A DNA stretch of 64,000 nucleotides from Octopus sinensis (taxonomy: Eukaryota): NCBI RefSeq assembly GCF_006345805.1, contig NC_043007.1, positions 75,888,001 through 75,952,000 on the forward strand, given 5' to 3'. Shown here in pieces: positions 26,390-40,047 of the stretch (positions are counted from its first letter, which is position 1; each line of letters begins with the position of its first letter). The notes under the pieces were generated by a model. That model saw nothing but the letters and a program-made list of their open reading frames with translations. It was not told where the DNA came from and did no database searches. Position numbers and translations under genes: made by a program.

Positions 26390-26950
26390 TAGCGTGACGT
26401 CATTAACGTTTTGATCAATCGTTTCGTTAGGTGGCTTTAGTCAAGTAGAACGGTACGTCATCAACATTCAGACCAATCGTGATCTATCGCTGTATTATGA
26501 CTGCCTCTTGTCTGTATCCTGTTTTGACCAGTCGTTTCGTTAGGTGGCTAAGTCAAGCAGGACGGTACGTCATCATGATTCTGACCAATCACGACTTATA
26601 GCTGTATTAGATCTGCCCCTTTTCGTTAGGTGGCTTAGTCAAGCAGAACGGGACGTCATCAGCATTCTGACCAATCGTGACCTATCGCTGTATTATAACT
26701 GCCTCTTGTCTGTATCCTGTTTTGACCAGTCGTTTCGTTAGGTGGCTTAGTCAAGCAGAACGGGACGTCATCAAGATTCTGCCCAATCACGACTTATAGC
26801 TGCATTAGATCTGCCCCCTGTCTGTATTTTGTTAGGTGACTAGTCAAGCAGAAAGGTACGTCATCAATATTCTGACTAATCTCTGCACCCTGTTTGTATC
26901 CTGTCCATTCTAGCAGAGCTAGACGTCATCAGCGTGTTGACCAATCAGAA
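26390..26950. repeat. Tandem array of ~60-110-bp units with an A-B-A-B higher-order pattern, downstream of a PLE ORF
   Basis: The core TAGTCAAGCAGAACGG(G/T)ACGTCATCA...CCAATC recurs. Confidence 0.88.
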
Positions 26951-27123
26951 TCGGGTCTGACCCTTAGCTGTATCGTATGTGGTCAGTCCATCAGGGTCAG
27001 ATTTGCACGAAAGAATTTTTTTCCTTTTTTACTAAGGCATATTTCCGTCAGTGCGAGTGACTGTTTAAGGTAGCGGCCGTGGTAGAATTTTGCTTCTCCT
27101 TTTCGGAGGACTTATCTTTTGTT

Positions 27124-28020
27124 CTAATATTCCTGGCCCAGGGTGTTTAAACTTGGTCTAAATTTTTTTATGAAATACAGTTCTTTATTTTGGCGTTGTG
27201 TGAAGGTTGCGTTGTCACTGAATTTATAGAGCGGGTTAGTTGTAAGTTTCGGATTTACATTTCCAGCACATCTATCTATGTGTCCGCTGACCGGTATTTT
27301 GCGGTAATCAGGGTTTCTAATTTGTGATTTATGCACACGCCATCCTGTTACGTAAGCTATTTTTTGTATGGCCTATATACTGCCTATTGCAGCCGCGCAT
27401 GTTATGACGTAAATTAAGTTTTCTGATGCGCAGGTGAAGTTTGTTCTAATGGTGAACTGGTGGCCTTGTTCCAGTATAAATTCTGATCCTTCTTTCAAGA
27501 TGACACAGATTCCGCAGTTGGGCCTTCCACATTTTCTAACTGCTGGTTTTGTGGTTGATGTTGAGTGCAGTGTAGCTTGGGTTAAAATCCTTTTCAAGGA
27601 TTTTGGTTGCCGTTTACTTTTAATGATGGTGTGTGTTTCGAGGATCCGGTTCATCTTTGGTCTCCCTTTAGTAGGGCTGTGCTTTGTAGTATGGTGTTGA
27701 AGGCCTCGTTGTTGAGTGGGTTGGTGTGTAGAGATGTAGGGAAGGGTTTTTAATTGTTCTTTCTTTTTTGGTTTGTTTGTCTCAGGTCTTCTATACTTAA
27801 TTTAAGTACCCGTTGGATTGCACTGTCTATTAGGGGCTGTGGATAGTTTCTATTGTGAGTGTGGTTCTAAGTTCCGGAGACGTGTGTGTCGGTGTTTTGT
27901 CTAATATTATGGTGCAAATCCTTCTAGCTAAACAAAAAGGGACATTCATTCTAGTGTGTCGTGAGTGGCATGAATCAAAGGGTAGGTACTGTTTAGAGTC
28001 TGTCGGTTTATAGTAGATAT
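27124..28020 (-). mobile_element. Neptune-like Penelope element (RT thumb + Zn knuckle + GIY-YIG), degenerate
   Basis: YYKPTDSKQYLPFDSCH..NVPFCLARRICTII, KCGRPNCGIC, FTCASENLIYVITC, and ELYFIKKFRPSLN. Confidence 0.85.
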
Positions 28021-28074
28021 CTGTCTCTATTTTATATATATATATATATAATATAGTCCAACTATATATCTTGG

Positions 28075-30855
28075 CCGTCTAGAAGAACTTGGTGCAAATG
28101 CAGAATCACAACCCTGACAACATCCTCAAATACCATCAAGTCGGTTCTTATCAACTTGTAACCTCCTCAGCATCAAAGAATACTGTTAATTCAACAGTTG
28201 GAGGTATCGGATTTCTACTTTCATCAAAAGCTAGTGATACTCTCTTGAGTATAGAGTCAATCTCACCTAGAATTATGGTGCTTGAGATAGATGGAAACCC
28301 AAAAACAACATTGGTATGTGTGTATAGCCCACATAATTCGTCTGTGGCAGACGAGATTGAAAATTTTTATACAACCCTTCGTTCAACCATTGAGCAAGTA
28401 CCTCTCCATAATTTTCTAGTTATAGCTGGTGATCTGAATGCTAGACTAGGACCCGATGAGACCAAGTTTACTTTCAACTCTAAAACTAATCGGAACGGAG
28501 AAATGCTCAAAGACTTCTTGGAGGAATTTAATCTCTACACCTCTAACAATTCTTTTATGAAACCAAAAGGTCAACTTTGGACATTTGAGTCCCCACTTGG
28601 TGATAGGGCACAAATTGACTACCTCATCTTTCGAAAGAAATGGCGCAATAGTGTTAAAGACTCGGGATCCTACTCTTCCTTTAGTTCTGTCGGCTCTGAC
28701 CACAGAAATGTATCAGCTACCGTTAAGCTTAGTCTTCGCTCATCCCAAAAAAACTAAGCCTCACCCGATGAAAATGATCGACTGGGAGGAAGTCTTATCT
28801 AACCCCGATATGTCCAAACAATTTACTATTGAGGTCTATAACACATTTCAATCTCTGTCTACTTCTGAAATAGATGCTGAGAACATTGAAGAAGTATACA
28901 GCAGCCTCATCAAATCAACAGAGGAAGTTGCACTGGCTACTCTTCCCAAAAAGAAGAGTAGGGGCCAGAGCAAACCTTCTAATTCCCCAAATGTCATCGA
29001 AGCCAGAAACCATCTAAAGTCTATATCACTAGCTTACCACCGTTCTCCATCCCAGTCACTGAAGATCCAACTCATAGCTGCCAAGAAGAATCTTGATGAG
29101 GCTTACTTGAACGCCGAGGTCGAATTTATCAATGGCAAAATTAGTAAACTATCCAAAGAGCACATTAGTAAAAAAACACATCTCGCGCTGGAAATCCATC
29201 AAAGACCTATCAGGCAAAAATTCTGGGTCATCAATTAGAATTAAAGGGGGATCAGCTAAGAAGCGTTTAGAAAATTGGTCAACCCATTTTAAAAACCTCC
29301 TTGGAAGAATGCCAAAATCCCTGATAACCCCACTCTTCCAAGTGTGCCTATATCAGACACGCTGGACACAACACCTCCCCTTTTACCATATTTGAACTAA
29401 CAGCAGCCACCAAGCAACTAAAAGCCTCGAAAGCATTTGGTCCCGACAACATCCCAGCTGTAATTTGGAAGGATGATAGATTTCACACACTTTTGCTCAA
29501 CCTCTGCAACCACACACTTTCCACTTTTGTCGCTCCAAAGATTTGGCACCAATCTCAAATCATTCCAATACCCCAAAAAGGCGATTTATCCCTCGTCACC
29601 AACTACAGGGGTATATCTCTAATGTCAATTGCTGCAAAACTGTACAACAAACTGATCCTAAATCGTCTTGTCCTTTTTGTTGAACCTTTGCTCCGAAAGA
29701 ACCAAAATGGATTCAGACATGGGCGCTCAACGCTGAGCCAGATACTATGCCTACGCAGACTTATTGAAGAATCAAAAGCATTTAATCGCGATCTTGCAAT
29801 GGTATTTGTAGACTTTTCTAAAGCGTTCGATTCTGTAGATAGGTACAAGATGTTTGAAATCCTTAAGCTTTATGGGATATCAGACAAAATCATTTCTGCC
29901 ATCAAGGTCCTCTACACAGAAACATCATCTTTCTCAATCAAAGCCGGAATACTGCAGGGAGACACTCGCCCCATTTCTTTTCATCATTGTTGTTGATTAT
30001 GTGCTACGTATGTCAGTTGATACCATCTCTGGCAAGGGCTTTGAAATAAAACCAAGAAGAAGTTCCAGACACCCAGCTGAGTACTTGACAGACACTGACT
30101 TTGCTGACGACATCGCTCTTATCAGTGATTCTCTCTCCAATGCCCAGTCTCTTTTACAATCTCTTGAACAAGCCTCAAATTGTGTAGGTCTTTACCTCAA
30201 TGAGGCCAAAACTGAATACATAACAAGTGCCTGTCCAACAGTGATTGCATCATCCATACTCTCAACATGCGCCTTTAAATATGGTTTCTGATTATAAATA
30301 TCTTGGGTCATACATATCATCATCTGGAAAAGACTTTCTAACTAGAAAGGGTATGGCCTGGTCAGCCTGTAATGACATGCATAAGATCTGGTCATCAAAT
30401 CTAAATAGAGACTTCAAACTTGAAATATTCAAAGCCACAGTCGAACCAATTCTACTATATGGCTCAGAAACCTGGACGTTATCAAAGAAGCTTGAGAGGC
30501 GGTTGGATGGAACCTACACTCGCCTCCTTATGAGAGCTCAAAATCTCGTGGAAGCGCCATCCAACCAAAATGCAAATATATGGGAAACTACCACCTGTGT
30601 CATCTCTTGTGAAAGGTAGGAGAGTCCAGTTTGCTGGACATTGTTGTAGAGCTGAAAAAGAAGTAATTTCTACTCTTCTCCTCTGGAAGCCACCTACTCG
30701 CAATACCAGAGGGCGCACACTCTCCTACCCTGATGTAATCTCCAGGGATACAGGCATCCAGCAACAGGACCTCTGTAATGCCATGATGGACCGTGAAGTC
30801 TGGCGTAGCATGGTAAATTCCATTGTCTCGACCACGGTCGAACAATGATGATGAT
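28075..30855 (+). mobile_element. RTE-clade LINE, APE + RT, 5'-truncated and frameshifted
   Basis: APE motifs VYSP, AGDLNARLG, QIDY and GSDH; RT motifs YRGISL, QNGFR, GILQGD and DFADDIAL; RRVQFAGHC; (ATG)n tail. Confidence 0.93.
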
Positions 30856-31012
30856 GAAGATACTGAATGACCAGTTCAAAAGTGTCTTTACCACCCCGTT
30901 GGAACACAGACAAGTGAACGAACCAGTGGACTTCTTTGCTGCTTCACCTATAACCAGCGAGGCAGTTACAATGGAATACATTAACATTAGCAAAGAAGAT
31001 ATACTACTAGCC
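30853..31012 (+). mobile_element. CR1-like LINE fragment
   Basis: Near-identical to 38131-38290 (LNDQFKSVF). Confidence 0.75.
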
Positions 31013-31189
31013 ATATATATATATACACACACACATATATGTATATATATATATGGGAAAATGTGTTACCTCTCTCTCTTCCCGTCCTCTCCCTCATTCT
31101 GTTTCTCTTTTTCTCCCCTTCCTCTACCTCCCTCTATCTCTCACTTACTTTCTCTCTACCCTCTACTACCCATCTGGGCTTAAAAAACG

Positions 31190-31790
31190 AAGATGGCACC
31201 AAAGTGGGAAAAGAAAGAATTTAATCTTCTGTTGCAAGCTAGTGGTGGTTTGACCAACCGACACCCCGCCAAAATTACATGGGCCTTAAAGAGAAAAACT
31301 CCTCCAAGGAAAAAATTCACAAAAGAAGTGTGCTTTTTAGATGTTATGCACCACAGAGCAACTGAGCAAGAGTCTTTTTTTATACATGGCGCAAAAGATT
31401 GTCCAGCAGCTGACCTGGCTACACCATGCACAAACAAGGAACATTGCCCACTACTATGCAAGACCACCACAGTCAACAGACATGGGGTGGCCTCCCCTAA
31501 CGCCTGCACAGTCGTCACCCCAATACTTTTACTAAATATTGGAGGCCTGTTGCATCATAACAAAAGCAAAATTTCCTTCTTGAGAGATCTTACTGCATGC
31601 AATCAAGCCCTATGCATAGCACTCGTGGAAAGTCACCTCAGCCCTGATATAGAGGATGCAGAAGTACACGTACCAAACTATGCCATACTGCAAACAGACA
31701 GAAGGGAAAGGAGCCATGGTGGAGTTGCTGTATACATCCGTGACGACCTTACACCCCAGGTCTTACTGGGGTATGTGATACTCTAATTGT
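31190..31790 (+). mobile_element. CR1-like LINE ORF1 end / APE start
   Basis: LLLNIGGL..IALVESHL...DRRERSHGGVAVYIRDDL; the ORF1 part resembles 37800-37980. Confidence 0.75.
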
Positions 31791-31876
31791 ATACTTAAGA
31801 CAACATAATATGCAATACATATTGCCCACCTGATGCTCCAAACCACACAGGCATGTTTGAAGATTGCCTCACAAGA

Positions 31877-32050
31877 ATTGACAACCGATGTTGGTGTGTC
31901 TACATCCCTGTCACTTAGCAGTTCGGCAAAAGACACCTATAGAATAAGTACTAGGTTCACAAAGAATAAGTCCTGGGGTCGATTTGTTCGACTAAAGGCG
32001 GTGCTCCAGCTTAACCACAGTCAAATGACTGAAACAAATAAAAGAGTATT
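31877..32050 (+). mobile_element. SINE family A 3' half
   Basis: Similarity to 8985-9160. Confidence 0.8.
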
Positions 32051-32569
32051 AAAATATTCGCGTGAAAATTTAATATTTGAAAGCTACAAACAAATCAAGA
32101 GAAGTTGCTAGAAATAACAGTCAAAATATTGTTTAAAACAAACATCTATTAGTTAAAGAAATTCAAGAACGAAAGTTTGCAATACACTCTAGGATTTTAT
32201 AAAATAAATTATCTTCCTCATATCTCCTTCTCCTCATTAATTCACAAAGATAAGAATCAACCATGGAACGGTGTGTCCCACACCGGCGTTTATTTCCTAC
32301 ACTCCTTGTCCACGCGCGCAGCATCTTTGGTTACTATGGAAACAGAGTGTAAAAAAAAAAAAAAATAACCGCTTTTTTGTTGCTATGGAAACCGATTTTT
32401 TAAATAATCGCTTCTGATTGGCTAAAATACCCAAATTTTGCAAATTTTAAAGGCTAATAACTTTTTAATTATGAATTTAGAGGAAAAATGAATTTCATTT
32501 TCATAATTAGTATACAAAACTTAATCCATATACCAAATGTGAAAATAATTGGAAAAAAATTGTAGACAG

Positions 32570-33370
32570 TGACGAAAACCACAAAAATCCGCTCACCGTA
32601 ATGCATTCAACGAAAAAAAAATTCTAATGATTCCAGGATAGGGAGAACCGGTTTCCCACACCCAACTCCTTTTTTCCGAATAAAAATAAGAGGTTTGCAG
32701 CATATTAGGAGGTCAGGGTACTTGATTCCATGCAAGAAATCCGAGTGTTTTTTTTTCTTGATGAAAATCGTGCTAGTGTACTTCCCAAGGGTGGAGGAGG
32801 GTGAAATTTCTGAGGGTTCCACCCTACCCCACCCCGTTTTCCGGACCAAGAAAAGGGTTTTGTGGCATGTTAGGTGGTCACCGTAATTCATTCAAGGAAA
32901 AAAAATTTCCAATGATCCCGGGAAAAAAAAATTCCAATGATCCCGGGATGGGGGGGGGAGGTCCCCCCACACTATTTTCCGAATCGAAATAAGGGGTTTG
33001 CAGTGTTTTTTTTTCTTGATGAAAATCGTGCTAGTGTACTTCCCAAGGGTGGAGGAGGGTGAAATTTCTGAGGGTTCCACCCTACCCCACCCCGTTTTCC
33101 GGACCAAGAAAAGGGCTTGTGGCATGTTAGGAGGTCACCCTTATTCACTCAAGGAAAAAAAAATTTCCAATGATCCCGGAAGAGGTGGGGGTCAGATCCC
33201 CTACCCTTTTTTCCGAATCGAAATAAAGGGTTTGCGGCATATTAGGAGGTCAGGGTACTTGATTCCACGCAAAAAATCCAAGTTTTCTTCTCTTCTTAAT
33301 GAAAATCATACGGGTGTAAGTATCAAAATTTACCGAAATTCCAGTTTATGAGGCTGACCTATCCATGACG
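32570..33370. repeat. Unclassified repeat with internal duplications
   Basis: ~32745-32883 is near-identical to ~33003-33140, and 32690-32740 recurs at ~33230-33280. Confidence 0.6.
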
Positions 33371-33953
33371 TCCGTTCAAACTCGTATATACGCATACATA
33401 TTTATACACACCTATGGATGTGCATACATAAAGATATGTGTTTATGCGTGTCTGTGTGTGTGAATATGAGTGCGTACGTGTGTTTGTTTACGTTTCTTAA
33501 ATTGAGGAAATCAGTAAAATATGTAATTCTTTACTTGAAAAAGGAAATAAGGGCTTGTATCAAAACTAAAATGCAAGGAAAAAATAGAAGTATGGATGTG
33601 TGGTCCCGGGTTCAGTCCCACTGCGTGGCACCTTGGACAAGCGTCTTCAACTACAGCCTCTAGCCGACCAAAGCTTTGTTAGTGGATTTGATAGACGAAA
33701 TTGAAAAAAGCCCGTCGTGAGTGTGTGTGTTTTGTATACATTCGAGGCTTTCTTCCAAGGAATCTAATGCGCTTGGCTTAGATTTTCCTTTGGGGCTGGC
33801 CAGATCGGAGCAATCTCAAGATTAATCAGCCGAAATTGCGAGGACGATCCGGTTCTTGACTGAAGATTGAAGGCTTCGAATGTCCCGTCCGTGTTTTTTG
33901 CATCGTCTTCTAAATGTTTTGCGTTCTTGTCCCAGTTTGTATTTATAAATATA

Positions 33954-33989
<36 letters not shown>

Positions 33990-35205
33990 TGTATGTATGT
34001 ATGTATGTATGTACGTATGTACGTATGTATGTATGTATGTATGTATGTATGTATGTATGTATGTATGTATATATTTATGGGTGATACGGTGATACACCGG
34101 CGCGAGATCTAAGTGAGCAAATTTACTTTGGTGTGTGATAATTTTATCGATACGCAAGAAAAAGGTGTTCAGCACTCTCCCTCATCTGTAGCCAACAGAA
34201 ATAATTAAGGTGAGATTTCGAATCCAACCGGGTCTTCTCAATTGCTTGAGTATTGGTTCCTGTGTTTCTGTCAACGTAATGTTTTTTTGTGATTGATAAT
34301 TGAATGGCGAAAATTTATACGATTTAGATTGGACTATACTGGCCATTCATTGGAATGATCAACCGAATTTTCTGCAACTTCTTTTTGAATTATGGGTTTA
34401 AGTGTTTCCCGATTTGTTTTTTGGGGGTTTTTTTCTACATAGAAATAGCGGCAATCTGCGCCTTTCTTTTATCCAAAGCCCTTTTAATCTCACCTTCATT
34501 ATTTCTGTTGACTACAGATGAGGTAGAGTACTGATGACATTTTGCTTGCGTTTTTAGCAGATGTTCGCTCAATTCATCGATAAAAATTATTTTAATTATA
34601 AAATTTTGTTACATTTATGTCTTAATAAATAAAGAAACCAAAAATAAATAATATAATAATTTTAAAAAAGCGAGCGCGTAGATCACACACTAAAGTAAAT
34701 TTGCTCAGGTAGATCACACGCCAAAGTAGCACCAGCACAAAGTAAACTAAAAAGTAACATGAAGTAATCACCTTTAAGTTGTAGATCACACACCAAAGTA
34801 GCATCTATCTATGTATGTGTCTCTGTGTCTTTGTTTTTCCCCCACCATCGCTTGACAACCAATGTTGGTGTATGTACATACACACTCACACACACAAACA
34901 CACACACATATTTAGTGAAATTTACATGCATGCATACATACATACATACATACATACATACATACATACATACATACATACATACATACATACATACATA
35001 CACATGTAGTTCACAGATGAGATTCAGAGATTCTCCGTATAGAAGACACTTAGTAATGCTCGAAAGATACAAGCTTAGAATCCTTAGAATGTCTTTAGAG
35101 CGGATCAAGGTAAAGAAAGGCTATATGAGGGATCAGGGTGAGTAGGGATAGAAGCAATTATATGGATAAACAAATTAGATACATCAAATATATTAAGTAT
35201 ATTGT

Positions 35206-35585
35206 AGGCGTAGGAGTGGCTTACGAACTACATTGTTCCGGGTTCAGTACCACTGCGTGGCACCTTGGGTAAGTGCCTTCTACTATAGCCTCGGGCCAAC
35301 TAAAGCCTTGTGAGTGGATTTGGTAGACGGAAACTGAAAGAAGCCCGTCGTATATATGTATGTATGTGCGTGTTTGTGTGTCTGTGTTTGTCCCCCCAAC
35401 ATCGCTTGACAACCGATGCTGGTGTGTTTACGTCCCCGTAACTTAGCGGTTCGGCAAAAAAGGGCCCGATAAAATAAGTACTAGGTTTACAAAGAATAAG
35501 TCCTGGGGTCGATTTTATCGACTAAAGGCGGTGCTCCAGCATGGCCACAGTCACATGACTGAAACAAGTAAAAGAGTAAAAGAGT
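35206..35585 (+). mobile_element. SINE family A with a small deletion in the head
   Basis: Similarity to 8740-9170. Confidence 0.85.
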
Positions 35586-36119
35586 ATATTAGATACAAAA
35601 TATGTCCATAGTTATACGTGCAAAACAAGAGAATGCAGAAGGTGGAAACTTTCAGATGAGGAATTTTTAAGTATAAATACATAGATATTTATATCAATAG
35701 GTCCAACTTACACAGAGTACAAAAGACAGAGAAAATTAAAGGGGTGGAACAAAAGTGTTATAAGTCCAACAGCTGTTTCTGGGGGCTCGGCGATCCATAA
35801 TAATATTGGTAGATTTAGTTCATCGTAATATGCGGCCGTATGGATGCAATTAACACTGGATAAGATGAGCATACGTCGTCAGGGTAAAGAAGATCTTATA
35901 TTTCAGATCTAATTGTTTTGAAAACAAACGTGTTTAATAGCTAATTTCTTATATATATCTGTACGTGTGTCCTTGTGTAATTGATAACTAAATATAATTT
36001 ACAACAAAAAATTGCAGTTATATTTTGATTACAATGCAATCATCTTCAGATCGAAACCTTTCAATGCTGTTCACCTGTATTCAGCATCTCTGACTGCCAC
36101 CCACTCCCGCTCCATTTGT

Positions 36120-36605
36120 TGTTTTCCTCTTCTTTCCCCAGTGTGACTGACGAGCCACACATAATGCGTTTTAATATAGGTAAGATTTCCCGCTGAATTC
36201 GACTTTGCTGTTCATGCTTTCGAAGTCGATAAATTAAGAACCAGTGAAACACTGGAGTCTATGTAATCGACTAGTCCCTTCCTCCAAAATTTCAGACCTT
36301 CTGTCTTTAGTAGAAAGATTATATGTACGTTACGGAGATGTACTTGCATAGCAAGTGACCTTATCTGAGATCGTGTGCTGGAACTAAAACAATTGCAGCG
36401 TGGAAGGTGTTTATAAGCCATTTAAGAAACACAAAATCCGTTAGATTCACTTCAACATTTAACACGGAATTTTGTCAGTGAACAGGTCGCGGTCTCAAAG
36501 CGACGAAAATATTTTGACAAATTAAATTTAAATGCTGAGGTGAATTTAACGGATTTTATGTGTTTCCTAAATGTCTTATAAACACCTTCCACGCTGCAAT
36601 TGTTT
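36120..36605 (+). mobile_element. SINE sharing the family B central domain, with an inverted duplication of its tail; related tail at 20612-20800
   Basis: 36336-36460 is the reverse complement of 20670-20800, and 36461-36605 is a direct copy of 20612-20750. Confidence 0.6.
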
Positions 36606-36729
36606 ATTATATGTATGACTTTTAGAAAAAAATGAAAGCGATTTTCGTCAACTTGCAGAAAACTACGTCAGAAGTGTATGTTTGAAGAATATTCTGATGA
36701 CAATTTGAAAAACTTGAAGTAGTTGGAAG

Positions 36730-36829
36730 NNNNNNNNNNNNNNNNNNNNNNNNNNNNNNNNNNNNNNNNNNNNNNNNNNNNNNNNNNNNNNNNNNNNNNN
36801 NNNNNNNNNNNNNNNNNNNNNNNNNNNNN
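36730..36829. other. Assembly gap (100 N)
   Basis: Run of N. Confidence 0.99.
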
Positions 36830-36868
<39 letters not shown>

Positions 36869-37247
36869 TAATACTAAGTAATTAAGGGTTTTAGCAACGA
36901 CTTGCCTCACCACGCACCGAATTTAGCAGTCAAAGAGATATAGCTATTCCTTCTACTAAAAGGGGGATCTCAGTAAAAACACAGCACTTGAAGGCAAACA
37001 CAGACGGGTAAGAAAGAAAGAATGAAATGACGGCATATCTATCATACAATTTTAAGTTACCTACGGACGTACGTTTCGAAATCAAGTTTTAGGAAAGCAT
37101 AAGAATTAGAAAATTCCACCTTACCAAACTTCTTTTCTCATCGGCGCGGATACTACAATTATGAATAATTGTATATTAAATTTTGAGATACTAGAAGGCA
37201 TTATCTCACTCAGTGTCAGAGCGAGCCAAAGCATGACTATTACCACG

Positions 37248-37295
<48 letters not shown>

Positions 37296-37360
37296 ATCTA
37301 TTATATATATACTACTATATATATATATATATATATATACATACATATATATATCTATAT

Positions 37361-37398
<38 letters not shown>

Positions 37399-37659
37399 GT
37401 ATATATATATATATGATATATATATAAATAAGGGTTTTGTAATCTGCGGAGGTCATATTTTGTAAGGAAAAGAATAACGGTGTTTTGGCTGCTATTTCTA
37501 AATTTTTCCCTATGTGGTGAAGCAACTTGTTGCTAAACTCTTTAATTATTGTTATAATTATATATAAAAAATACTTCTTGTATACTTCTAAATTTTTACC
37601 GGAACTACTTGGTAAAATTTATTATTAAATTAATAAGCACGTAACCAAAACAACCAAAG

Positions 37660-39750
37660 CTGAAACTCCAACCCACCACACAAACAGCAGAGAACCCCAT
37701 GGAGGATCCAATGCCACCGAGTACACTTCAGGAAAGAAGAAATCTGGAAGGCACCGAAGAACCTGTAAGTTCTACCTGCGGGGCAAATGTTGGCATGGTG
37801 AGAACGGCAAAAACTGCCGGCTCGCCCACCCGACACCCCGCCAGAACTTCAGGGGACTCAAAGAGAAAAACTTTACCGAGGGAACACAAGAAATGTCTCC
37901 CAGGAAAACTTTCAAAAACGAAGTGTGCTCCTCAGATGTTCTGCGCAACGCAGCAGCTGAGCAAGAGTCTTTTTTATGCATGGCGGAAAGAAGCCTGGAT
38001 TATAAAAAACATTAAATCAAACCCAAAGGCCTTCTTTCATTACGCGAAAGAAACAGTCTCAGTGCATTACAAGATAGGACCCCTCCTCCAAAAGGATGGC
38101 TCCCTCACAGACAGTCCAACTATGATCAGTGAGATGCTGAATGACCAGTTCAAAAGTGTCTTTATCACCCTGTTGGAACACAGACAAGTGAACGAACCAG
38201 TGGACTTCTTTGCCGCCTCACATATAACCAGCGAGGCGGTTACAATAGAATGTATTGACATTAGCGAAAAAGATTTCCTACTAGCCATAGATGAAGTGGA
38301 CACAAACTCAACTGCTGGTCCAGACGGTTTCCCAGCCTCAAAGCGTGTAATCATGCCCTGGCAAAACCCCTCAAGATTCTCTTCCAGAGCTTTCTTGCGA
38401 ATGGCAAACTGCCAAGCAAGCTGAAGGATGGAATAATATGCCCAATACATAAAGGGGGAAGTAGAGCAGATGCCAAAAACTATAGGCCTATCTCTCTGAC
38501 TTCACACACCAGCAAAGTCATGGAACGGATAGTCAGAAAGAAACTAATCGCATTCCTTGAGGAAAATAACTTGCTGAGTAATACCCAGCATGGTTTTCGA
38601 CCAGGTAGGAGCTGCCTGACCCAACTCTTACGGCATTATGACTGGGTGTTGAGGCAGTTACTCAACAAATCAAATGTGGACGTAATCCACCTTGATTTTG
38701 CAAAAGCTTTTGACAAGGTGGATCATGGTATGATATGCCACAAACTACGTGACCTCGGCATAGCTGGAAAACTTGGAGTGTGGTTACATGACTTCCTGAA
38801 AGATAGGAGTCAGGCAGTAGTGGTTAATGGAGCCACCCTCTATGAACACACAAATAGTGAGCGGTGTTCCACGGGCACTGTCTTGGGACCATTGCTTTTT
38901 ATAGTGGCCCTCTCAGATATGCCCTCAAATGCCCGGATAGCCACTCTGGCCAGCTATGCAGACCATACGAAAGTCTCGCAGAAAATACAGAACCCCAGCG
39001 ATGTTGCACACCTGCAGCAGGAGTTGGACTCAATCTACAGATGGGCTGAGGATAATAATATGCAGTTTAATGCTGAAAAATTCTAAGCCCTGCGCTACAC
39101 CATCCAAAACTGAATATTAAACTTACAGGATACACCGGTCCACAGGGAATTTCAATCCAGAGCCTAAGTCTGTGAGGGACCTGGTATCGACATGAGTGAT
39201 GATACCTCTTTCCAAGTGCACATTACCAGGATGGCGACAAAGTGCAGACGACTGGCTGGGTGGATCCTAAGAACATTCAGAACCAGAGATAAAGAAACCA
39301 TGATGGTCCTCTGGCGGACATTCGTCCTCAGTCGCCTGGATTACTGCTCACAGCTATGGTCATCCACCAGTGTAAAATTAACAGCGGACCTTGAAGCAAT
39401 CCAGAGAAGATTCACAAATAAGATCGTCTCTTTGCAACAGCTCAGCTACTGGGAAAGGTTGAAACAGCTAAGACTCTACTCCCTGGAGAGAAGACGGGAG
39501 AGGTATGCAGTGATATATGTCTGGAAGATCCTGGAAGGAATTGTGCCAAATTTTGGCATTGTAAGCTACACCAATGCTAGAACGGGACGACACTGCATAG
39601 TGCCAAAGATCCCAGCAATGCCATCACGCTTCAGGACCAGCTTCTGCAACAGCCTGGGTTTCAAGGGCCTACAGCTTTTTAATATTCTCTCAAAGAGTCT
39701 GAGGAACTTGCACAAAGTAGATGTAGCTGTTTTTAAATCAATTATGAATT
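37660..39750 (+). mobile_element. CR1-like LINE, internally deleted (ORF1 remnant + RT + C-terminus)
   Basis: QHGFRPGRSCLTQL, LDFAKAFDKVDH, GTVLGPLLF, YADHT, and LYSLERRRERY. Confidence 0.9.
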
Positions 39751-39925
39751 AATGGTTAAAGTGATATATTAAGGGGATATTATATTTTAATATAATACAT
39801 ATGAGAAGTAGGTTATTCCAAGTTATTTGAAAAAAAACTATAACAATAATAATAGTAACAATAATAAAAAAGAATAAAAGATAAAAATGATAATGATAAC
39901 ACTATAAGTAATAATAATAACAGGA

Positions 39926-39984
<59 letters not shown>

Positions 39985-39988
39985 GGAA

Positions 39989-40047
<59 letters not shown>

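Noticed and set aside
26390-26950. Repeat-spacer look resembling a CRISPR array
   Set aside because: Eukaryotic context, no cas genes, and the intervening sequences are themselves repeated.
28740-30560. RTE frameshifts as programmed recoding
   Set aside because: They are multiple scattered indels, often at homopolymers, better explained by decay or sequencing error.
33860-33890. CTGAAGA...TTCGAA hammerhead-like string
   Set aside because: Stem II closing pair, A15.1 and stem I do not form.
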